In this document: positions 38,404 through 45,308 of the stretch, one piece after another
Numbering within the stretch: the first letter of the stretch is position 1
Layout of the letters: every line of letters starts with the position of its first letter
Assembly: GCA_944368945.1 (NCBI GenBank)
Contig: CALVXH010000003.1
Location: 1 to 45,308 of the forward strand
DNA: 45,308 bases
Reading direction: 5' to 3'
Source: an uncultured Bacilli bacterium
Lineage (GTDB): Bacteria; Bacillota_I; Bacilli_A; RFN20; CAG-826
Notes under the pieces: generated by a model
Database searches by the model: none
Told to the model about the DNA's origin: nothing
Seen by the model: only the letters and a program-made list of their open reading frames with translations
Made by a program: the position numbers and the translations under genes

Positions 38404-39129
38404 ATGAAGTTTATTAACAAGTTATTAAATGATGCAAATGAAATTATTTTCATGGATTTTGAAGGTACGCAATTAACTCAGGAAATAATTGCTATTGGTG
38501 CAATTAAAATCGAGTTAGACAATAAAAAAAGAATAAAAAAGACGCATAAACCATTTAAAATTTTTATTAGAGCTGAGGGAGTGGTCGGCCCAGTTGTTGA
38601 ACATTTAACAGGTATAAATGATCTATTTTTATTTCAACATGGTGATAAATTTGTTGATGCTATTAAAAAATTTAAAAACTATTGTGGCACTAATTTAAAC
38701 CAAACCGTTTTTATGACTTATGGAAATTTCGATATGAGATTGTTACATCAAACTTCCATAATTAATCACCTAGACGATGATGATTTTATTCACCTTATTT
38801 ACAAGAAAAATATTGATTTTTCAAATATTGTGGCAAAATTTTGCCGTAGTTCTAGAAATGAAATGCTCTCATTATTTGATGCTTTAAAAAAATTTGAAAT
38901 TACCCCTACTGGAGATGCTCACGACCCTCAAAGTGATGCTATCAATTTATCACTATTGTATAACGCCTTTTTAACAGAAAAACGTATTTTAAAAGAAGAA
39001 TATTTAAAAGTTTTATTAAATAATCCTCATTTGCCTGCACCTATTTATAAAATTATGAAAAAGATTGTAACTGATGGAGTTGCTACTACTGATGATCTTT
39101 CAACATTTATTGACGAGGAAATTAGGTGA
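38404..39129 (+). CDS. DEDDh 3'-5' exonuclease (KapD/ERI-1-like); start likely 38404
   Basis: ExoI MDFEGT, LTGI, ExoII YGNFD, ExoIII HDPQSDA. Confidence 0.85.
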   Translation: MKFINKLLNDANEIIFMDFEGTQLTQEIIAIGAIKIELDNKKRIKKTHKPFKIFIRAEGVVGPVVEHLTGINDLFLFQHGDKFVDAIKKFKNYCGTNLNQTVFMTYGNFDMRLLHQTSIINHLDDDDFIHLIYKKNIDFSNIVAKFCRSSRNEMLSLFDALKKFEITPTGDAHDPQSDAINLSLLYNAFLTEKRILKEEYLKVLLNNPHLPAPIYKIMKKIVTDGVATTDDLSTFIDEEIR

Positions 39130-39683
39130 TTAAAATAAATTTTGAAATAAACAAAGAAAATAATATTATCAGATATCAAAATCGTGGGATGTCATTAGAA
39201 CAAGAAATCAATGAATCAAATGAATATTACTTAAATAATGAAATAGCTATAATCTATAAAAAACCAACACCAATAAATATTGTAAAGTGCCAAGAAAATA
39301 AAATTAGTGAAGCATATTTTGAAGCTAAAAGTACAACGGATTATAATGGAGTATATCAAGGACTTTATATTGATTTTGAGGCTAAAAGTACACAATCAAA
39401 AACAAGTTTTCCTATCAAAAATATACAAAATAATCAATTTTTGCACGCAAAAAGAATATTTAAGGCACTAGGTGTATCATTTTTCATCATTGAATTTTCA
39501 AAATTAAATCGTTATTTTATATTACCAACAAAACTTTTACTTTATTTTATAAAAGTAAATAAAAGTTCATCAATACCACTAAGTTTTTTTATAAAAGAAT
39601 GTATAGAAATTAATAGAAAAATAAATCCTCCATTAGATTACTTATCTTTAATAAAGGATCATTTAGATTTATTTTTAATGTAA
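39126..39683 (+). CDS. recU: Holliday junction resolvase RecU
   Basis: NRGMSLE, YKKPTPI, STTDYNGVY, DFEAK; GTGA overlap with the upstream gene. Confidence 0.96.
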   Translation: MIKINFEINKENNIIRYQNRGMSLEQEINESNEYYLNNEIAIIYKKPTPINIVKCQENKISEAYFEAKSTTDYNGVYQGLYIDFEAKSTQSKTSFPIKNIQNNQFLHAKRIFKALGVSFFIIEFSKLNRYFILPTKLLLYFIKVNKSSSIPLSFFIKECIEINRKINPPLDYLSLIKDHLDLFLM

Positions 39684-40300
39684 TTACAAAAGCCACTTAA
39701 TTTGCATTCATTGCATTTTGGAGCAAGTGCTTTACAAAAATATCTTCCAAAATGAATAAACTGATGATGTAATAGAATCCATCTATCTTTTGGAAATTCC
39801 TTTTTAAGTTTTCCTTCAATAGCTAAAACATCATCATCTTCTTTTACTAAACCAAGTCTCTTAGATACTCTAGCAACATGTGTATCCACTGGAAATTCTG
39901 GTATCTTAAATAATTCAACCCTAACGACATTACTTGTTTTATTTCCTACACCACTTAAACTCATTAAATCATCTTTTGAAATAGGAACTACTCCATTAAA
40001 TTTGTCTAATAAATCTTTTGTAATTGACTTAATATTTTTTGCTTTATTTTTATAAAGCCCTAATGATTTAATCATATTTTCAATGTCCGCGAGTGAAGCA
40101 TTATTCAATTCTTCTAATGTTTTGTATTTTTCAAAAAGCGCATCAGTCACCTTATTAACTTTTTTATCTGTGCATTGGGCGCTTAGCATAACACTAATTA
40201 AAAAACCATAATCAGAATAATAAGTTAATTCACATGATGCGTTAGGCAAAATCTCATCAAAATATTGCTGTATTAAAAAGACTTTATCACTTAATTTCAT
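39659..40300 (-). CDS. nth: Endonuclease III
   Basis: LSAQCTD, HhH LSGVGNKT, VDTHV, C-x6-C-x2-C-x5-C Fe-S motif. Confidence 0.96.
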   Translation of the reverse strand: MKLSDKVFLIQQYFDEILPNASCELTYYSDYGFLISVMLSAQCTDKKVNKVTDALFEKYKTLEELNNASLADIENMIKSLGLYKNKAKNIKSITKDLLDKFNGVVPISKDDLMSLSGVGNKTSNVVRVELFKIPEFPVDTHVARVSKRLGLVKEDDDVLAIEGKLKKEFPKDRWILLHHQFIHFGRYFCKALAPKCNECKLSGFCNYIKNKSK

Positions 40301-40862
40301 TTCCAAAATTATCTTCTTCTCTCATTTTTTTAACAATAATTCTATCGATAGAATTAATATTAGTTATATTTTTTGCTTTTGCATCTTTAATACTGTCTAA
40401 AATGATTTTTCTATTTGTTCCACTAGAAATCCAATCATCAATTCTATTTATTTCTAAAGGTGTTAATGATCTTTGGAATAATTTTTGCATTTCATCAAAA
40501 ACTTGAGTTCTTGTTTCTTCTAATTCGTTATTTTCATCAATTTCAGCTTCATTAAAAATAGTCTCTTGAAACAATTTATAAACTATCTTTTTAATTGGTT
40601 CTAAACTAGTAAAAGCTTTTTTACCATCGTTTCCGATATCAATATATTTTTTTAAGAAAAGGTTCGATAATCTTTCATCAATAAAATCTTTTGATAAAGT
40701 TGTTTTTAAAGCTATATCATCAGCAGTTATAAATGAAGAGTCATCATTAGTTAAATGGTCTATCATAAGTAAAATGACTAAGTCTGTTTCGTCAAGATTT
40801 AATTTTTTGTAGTATTCAACTAATAAAAATTGAAAATTAATTGCATTTCCATTAAATATCAT
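40287..40862 (-). CDS. dnaD: DnaD-domain replication protein
   Basis: 'LLVEYYKKLNL', 'FQRSLTPLEI...W'; upstream of nth as in Bacilli. Confidence 0.85.
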   Translation of the reverse strand: MIFNGNAINFQFLLVEYYKKLNLDETDLVILLMIDHLTNDDSSFITADDIALKTTLSKDFIDERLSNLFLKKYIDIGNDGKKAFTSLEPIKKIVYKLFQETIFNEAEIDENNELEETRTQVFDEMQKLFQRSLTPLEINRIDDWISSGTNRKIILDSIKDAKAKNITNINSIDRIIVKKMREEDNFGNEIK

Positions 40863-41484
40863 ATTCTTCCTCCAAAACTGCGTTATATTTCTTATTCTCT
40901 TCTTCTACTTTGCATTTATTTAGAAGCGTGACTAATCTTTCATTATCCTTTAAAAGTTTTCTTAAAGATTCATCAACGTTTAAATTATATTCCTTAATGA
41001 ATCTTTTTGCTCTTAAAATTCTTAACGGATCTTCTTGGATTCTTGTTAAAGGATCACCAATAAACTTAAGGCGCCTATTTTTAATGTCATCTAAAAATGG
41101 AAGCGAAACTTTTTCAACTTCATATTTTTCGTTAATATAAATTGCATTAATTGTAAAATCTCGGCGTTTAACATCAATGTCAAGGCTATTAACAAATGTA
41201 ATGACATTTGGATGCCTATGATCAATATAGTTTTTTTCTTCTCTTAATGTAACTATATCAACATTTTCATTATTTATTTTTAATTTTAATACACCATATT
41301 TCTTAAAAGTTTCATTAGCTTTTAAAAATTTTAATGAATCAAAAGGTGTTGCGTCAGTAACAAAGTCAAAATCATGTATTTTTCTTCCAAATAAAAAATC
41401 ACGACTTGTACTTCCAATCATATAAAGTCTAAAACCATGTTTATTAAATATTTTTTTAAGCAAATCAAAAATTTCAACGTTCAT
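40852..41484 (-). CDS. cca: Class II tRNA nucleotidyltransferase, half-length (catalytic head/neck only)
   Basis: GSTSRD, DFD, DHRHP, RRDFTINAI, EDPLRILRA motifs; only 210 aa. Confidence 0.8.
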   Translation of the reverse strand: MNVEIFDLLKKIFNKHGFRLYMIGSTSRDFLFGRKIHDFDFVTDATPFDSLKFLKANETFKKYGVLKLKINNENVDIVTLREEKNYIDHRHPNVITFVNSLDIDVKRRDFTINAIYINEKYEVEKVSLPFLDDIKNRRLKFIGDPLTRIQEDPLRILRAKRFIKEYNLNVDESLRKLLKDNERLVTLLNKCKVEEENKKYNAVLEEEYDI

Positions 41485-41540
41485 ATTAAGTAACGTATAA
41501 AAAAGAGGCTATTTCGCACCTATATTTTTTTGTTATATAA

Positions 41541-41816
41541 CTATTTTACAGATTCTTTTAAATTTTTGCTTGGCTTGAATCCAACAGTCTTTGTAGCAGG
41601 AATTGTGATTCGGCCGTGGTCTCCCACTGGACTAGTTCCGACTCTTTCTTTTCTAGTTTTTACTTGAAATACGCCAAAGCCGGAGATCTTAACTGAATCA
41701 CCAGAGCGTAAAGAGTTTTCCATTTGATCAAATAAAACATCAACTACTCTTTCTACTTCTTTTTTGCTAAGCTCACAGATTTCAGATACAGCAACAACTA
41801 ATTCAGCCTTATTCAT
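41541..41816 (-). CDS. hup: DNA-binding protein HU
   Basis: MNKAELV, ISGFGVF, IPA, FKPSKNLKE; GGGGAG RBS. Confidence 0.96.
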   Translation of the reverse strand: MNKAELVVAVSEICELSKKEVERVVDVLFDQMENSLRSGDSVKISGFGVFQVKTRKERVGTSPVGDHGRITIPATKTVGFKPSKNLKESVK

Positions 41817-41873
41817 AATAACTCTCCCCTTTCGATTTTATTAAAACATAGATAGATTTTTTTATCAATATTA

Positions 41874-41901
41874 ATAATAATTAAGTAAATTTACTTGTCA
41901 A
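41874..41901 (-). promoter_or_regulatory. Putative sigma-A promoter of hup with a perfect 14-bp palindrome in the spacer
   Basis: TTGACA-16 nt-TATTAT; AAGTAAATTTACTT at 41883-41896. Confidence 0.55.
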
Positions 41902-41943
41902 TTATATAAAAATTTTTTTGTTATCAAAAACAGATATATTTTT

Positions 41944-42945
41944 TTAAAAAGTTTCTAATTTTAGCGGTCTCAGCATTGTTTCTTTGACAACATCACTTGG
42001 TTTTTTATACTCAAAAAGTATGTTATATAACGCAAAAATAATAGGCATATCAATATTATTTTCTTTTGCTATCTTATATACAACTTTAACTACATTTAAA
42101 CCTTCAACTGTCTTCTCATTTTCATTAAGTGCCTTTAATACACTATTATCTTTACCTACTTTTTCGCCAAACGAAAAATTTCTTGATTCTTTAGATGAAG
42201 CAGTCAATATTAAGTCACCAACTCCAGTAAGCCCAAAAAAAGTTTCTTTTTTTGCGTTAAAACGAGTGCCAAATCTAGCAAGTTCTGATAAGCCCCTGGT
42301 TATTAATGCGCTCCTAGAATTTTCTTTATATCCTAATCCGTATAAAATTCCACTTGCAATAGCGATAGCATTTTTTATACTTGAAGAATACTCAGCACCA
42401 GCCTCGTCTGTTAAGGCATAAACTCTAAAATAAGAATTTGAAAATAGTGTTTGAACAAACTTTGCAACCTCTAAATCGCTGCTAACAGAATTAATGCATG
42501 TTAAATCATGGTTTAAAATATTTTTGGCAAAACCAGGTCCTAAAATTGAACATAATTTATAATCAATATTTGAAGACAACTTTTTCCTTAAAAAGTCTAA
42601 AATTCGCGAATTAGTCGATGGTTCAAGGCCTTTGGTCGCATTAATAATTAATACTTTCTTACCTGATAAGTATAAATTAAAAACATCAATAATGTCTTTA
42701 ATAGACTTTGATGGAACAGCAATAATAATTGTCTGAAAATCTTTAATCTTTGAAACATCAGAAGTAAACTTAATATTTTCATTTAATTTAAGATTGTCAA
42801 AATATTTATTCTCAATATGCGATGAATTTAAAGATTTAGCCCTGGCTTCATCTCTACAATAGAGCAAAACATTATTACCATTATCATTTAAGACATTAGC
42901 AATTGCTAATGCAAAAGCACCACATCCATATATAAAAATATCCAT
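41944..42945 (-). CDS. gpsA: NAD(P)H-dependent glycerol-3-phosphate dehydrogenase
   Basis: GCGAFA, AVPS, TKGLE, KNAIAIASG, GVGDLILT, SRN. Confidence 0.95.
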   Translation of the reverse strand: MDIFIYGCGAFALAIANVLNDNGNNVLLYCRDEARAKSLNSSHIENKYFDNLKLNENIKFTSDVSKIKDFQTIIIAVPSKSIKDIIDVFNLYLSGKKVLIINATKGLEPSTNSRILDFLRKKLSSNIDYKLCSILGPGFAKNILNHDLTCINSVSSDLEVAKFVQTLFSNSYFRVYALTDEAGAEYSSSIKNAIAIASGILYGLGYKENSRSALITRGLSELARFGTRFNAKKETFFGLTGVGDLILTASSKESRNFSFGEKVGKDNSVLKALNENEKTVEGLNVVKVVYKIAKENNIDMPIIFALYNILFEYKKPSDVVKETMLRPLKLETF

Positions 42946-44255
42946 TATTTTCTCTTTCTTAAAACTAGATTAATTGGTGAACCAATGAGTTCAAATGAGT
43001 TTCTTATTCTATTTTCAATATATCTCATATATGAAAAATGCATCCATGTAGGTTCATTAACGAATAAAGCTATTGTTAATGGCTTAGATGATACTTGTTG
43101 TGCATAATAAATTCTACATCTTCCACCATTAAATTCAGGCGTTTCGTTCATCATTTGTGCTTCTTGAATAATATCATTTAAAACACTAGTTTGAATTTGG
43201 AAGGTATAACTCTCATATACCTTTTCAAGCATATCAAAAATGTTATCAATTCTTAATTTATTAATCGCAGATGTATAAATCACAGGGGCATAATCAAGGA
43301 ATTTAAACTCTTTACGAATTTCCTTGGTAAACTCATTCATTGTGTTATTGTCTTTTTTAACTAAGTCCCATTTATTTACAATTATAATAATAGCTTTTTT
43401 TGCTTCGACAGCATAACCAACAACGTGCTTATCCTGTTCTTGAATGCCAGCGTTTCCATCAATGACTAATAAGCAAACATCACTAGCATCAATCGCTCTT
43501 AAAGCACGTAAAGCTGCATATTTATCAATTGCTTCATAAATTTTGCCTCTTTTTTTAAGTCCAGCAGTATCTATGACAACATATTCTTTTCCATTTCTAG
43601 TAAACTTAGTATCAACTGCATCTCTAGTTGTGCCTTCAACGTTAGAAACAATTACTCTATTTTCATTTAAAATAGCGTTACACAAACTTGATTTTCCAAC
43701 ATTTGGCCTACCAATAATAGAAAATCTTAAACCTGTTAATTGAGATTGTTTTTCTTCATTTTTATTTAAATACTCTAAGATTTTATCTAAAATTTCGCCT
43801 ATGCCAACACCATGAGCACCACTACAAGGTATTGGTTCCCCAAGTCCTAATGAATAAAACTCATATATATTATTAATTAAATGTGTGTCATCAATTTTAT
43901 TAACGGCCAAAATTACTGGTTTTTTACATTTATATAACATCTTAGCAACCAAATAATCATCATCATTTAGTCCTAATTTTCCATCAACAACAAATAAAAT
44001 AACATCAGCTTCATTAATAGCAATTTCTACTTGCATTCTAATTTGCGATTGAAAAGTTGAATTTTCAAGTTCAATACCGCCAGTATCAACAATATCAAAA
44101 TATTTAGTTAGCCAAGAGGTATGAGCATAAATACGATCACGTGTTACCCCTCTTGTTTCTTCAATAATGGACTTCTTTTCGCCAATAATTCTATTAAAAA
44201 TTGTTGACTTGCCAACACTTGGTGACCCAACAATAGCAACAAGACCTAACGACAT
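42945..44255 (-). CDS. der: Ribosome biogenesis GTPase Der (EngA)
   Basis: Two G-domains (GSPSVGKS/DTGG/NKID and GRPNVGKS/DTAG/NKWD) plus KH-like C-terminus. Confidence 0.98.
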   Translation of the reverse strand: MSLGLVAIVGSPSVGKSTIFNRIIGEKKSIIEETRGVTRDRIYAHTSWLTKYFDIVDTGGIELENSTFQSQIRMQVEIAINEADVILFVVDGKLGLNDDDYLVAKMLYKCKKPVILAVNKIDDTHLINNIYEFYSLGLGEPIPCSGAHGVGIGEILDKILEYLNKNEEKQSQLTGLRFSIIGRPNVGKSSLCNAILNENRVIVSNVEGTTRDAVDTKFTRNGKEYVVIDTAGLKKRGKIYEAIDKYAALRALRAIDASDVCLLVIDGNAGIQEQDKHVVGYAVEAKKAIIIIVNKWDLVKKDNNTMNEFTKEIRKEFKFLDYAPVIYTSAINKLRIDNIFDMLEKVYESYTFQIQTSVLNDIIQEAQMMNETPEFNGGRCRIYYAQQVSSKPLTIALFVNEPTWMHFSYMRYIENRIRNSFELIGSPINLVLRKRK

Positions 44256-44923
44256 CAATATATTCCTCTCTCTTTAGCGATTTTCAAAATTTCATTAACT
44301 ACTTCATCAATTGTCATATGAGTTGTATTTATTTCTATACTATCATCTGCCGGATGAAGTGGACAAAATGAACGGTGCGAATCAATATAATCTCTTTTGT
44401 TTACATTATCTAAACAATCTTCATAAGAACTTTTGATTCCTTTTTCTATATTTTCTTTGTATCTTCTATTAGCTCTTTCTTCAGCACTAGCAATTTGATA
44501 GATTTTTAAATCAGCATTACTTAGCACATAAGTGCCAATATCTCTTCCATCCATAACAACATTTTTATTACTTGCTATTTTTCTTTGCGAATCAACTAAA
44601 AATAGACGTATATTTTTATAACTAGCAATATAACTAACATTATCAGCTACTTCGTTTGATCTAACTTCTTTGCTGATGTCAACACCATCTAAAGTAATAT
44701 GATTTTTTTCATTAAAAGAAATTTCAATTTTACCAATTAATGATTCTGAAGCTTTCTCATCTTTAGGATCTAAACCAGCCTTTAAAACAGCGTATGTAAA
44801 AGCTCTATACATTGCACCAGTATCAACATAAATAAAATTTAATTTATTAGCGATAATTTTTGCAACTGTTGACTTACCACTAGCACTTGGCCCATCAATA
44901 GCAATAGAGTAACTTTTTTCCAT
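44255..44923 (-). CDS. cmk: Cytidylate kinase
   Basis: IDGPSASGKST, DTGAMYRA, MDGRDIGT. Confidence 0.97.
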   Translation of the reverse strand: MEKSYSIAIDGPSASGKSTVAKIIANKLNFIYVDTGAMYRAFTYAVLKAGLDPKDEKASESLIGKIEISFNEKNHITLDGVDISKEVRSNEVADNVSYIASYKNIRLFLVDSQRKIASNKNVVMDGRDIGTYVLSNADLKIYQIASAEERANRRYKENIEKGIKSSYEDCLDNVNKRDYIDSHRSFCPLHPADDSIEINTTHMTIDEVVNEILKIAKERGIY

Positions 44924-44937
44924 CTTTCTAAACCATC

Positions 44938-45306
44938 CTAAAAATTCCTTAAAGATAATATCAAAATAGTAACAAGTAAGCCAATAATAATTAATACAAA
45001 AATAAAATATAGAAATCTTTTTACCAATTTTGATCTTACATACTCATCATAAATAGTTTTTTGTTTTACATAGACTGGTTTTTCTTTATGTTCGTAAACA
45101 TGTTTATTAGTTACAGGCTTATTATTTTCAACTTTAATAGTTCTAACTTCTTTTTTCACACTAACTTTTGGCTTTTGAATTTCAGGCTCAAAAAAATTAG
45201 AAGGAATTTTAGTTTGTGAAGGAGTTTCAATCTCTTCTTCACAACTATTTTTAATTTCCTCTCGATACTCTTTAAATTTTTCAGTCCTACTTTGAATTTT
45301 TGCCAT
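44938..45306 (-). CDS. Hypothetical protein with a charged N-terminus and one C-terminal TM helix
   Basis: 122-aa ORF co-oriented with cmk, 14-nt gap; C-terminal FLYFIFVLIIIGLLVTILILSL; start lies at the window edge. Confidence 0.7.
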   Translation of the reverse strand: MAKIQSRTEKFKEYREEIKNSCEEEIETPSQTKIPSNFFEPEIQKPKVSVKKEVRTIKVENNKPVTNKHVYEHKEKPVYVKQKTIYDEYVRSKLVKRFLYFIFVLIIIGLLVTILILSLRNF

Positions 45307-45308
45307 GC

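Noticed and set aside
41498-41531. Possible terminator after hup
   Set aside because: The stem is short and mismatched; support is too weak to call.
1338-43743. Short alternative-frame and antisense ORFs (e.g. 3373-3756, 8791-9057, 18003-18254, 36300-36563, 37054-37389, 41984-42421)
   Set aside because: They lie within or almost wholly overlap well-supported genes and show no recognisable motifs; they are typical shadow ORFs.
1-45308. Mycoplasma-type genetic code 4
   Set aside because: Conserved genes translate full-length in code 11, and TGA serves as the stop in coupled junctions such as 39127-39129.
1-45308. CRISPR array, IS element, prophage, tRNA/rRNA or defence island
   Set aside because: No regularly spaced repeats, transposase, integrase or phage genes, or tRNA cloverleafs seen; nearly all sequence is explained by housekeeping genes.

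Overview
A very AT-rich, gene-dense chromosomal segment of a reduced-genome Bacilli-type bacterium. It uses the standard genetic code (TGA is stop, Trp is TGG). The gene content looks like an Erysipelotrichales/Acholeplasma/RF39/RFN20-like lineage, but that placement is inference. Most of it is housekeeping: gap-pgk-tpiA, an unlisted 59-aa ferredoxin, an FMN-riboswitch-controlled ribU, mnmG-rsmG-parA-parB, sufCDSUB, hit, yhaM, recX, a glycolipid GT4 with a flippase-like protein, a heterodimeric ABC exporter, gpsB-rnpB-pgsA-cinA-recA-rny-ymdB-miaB-ricA-miaA-tcdA-fhs, and cmk-der-gpsA-hup-cca-dnaD-nth facing recU. I saw no mobile element, prophage, CRISPR, tRNA or rRNA. The best candidate for a new system is a translationally coupled pair of large lipoproteins (705 and 627 aa) directly upstream of hit, in the slot PrsA usually occupies. 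One carries a split parvulin PPIase domain and the other looks like a degenerate paralog. The layout mirrors the Mycoplasma P80/P60/HinT operon. Other oddities are a half-length CCA-adding enzyme, a ParB with eroded CTP, parS and ParA motifs, absence of ponA and mutSL from their usual syntenic slots, RNase P RNA embedded mid-operon, and several apparently leaderless genes.
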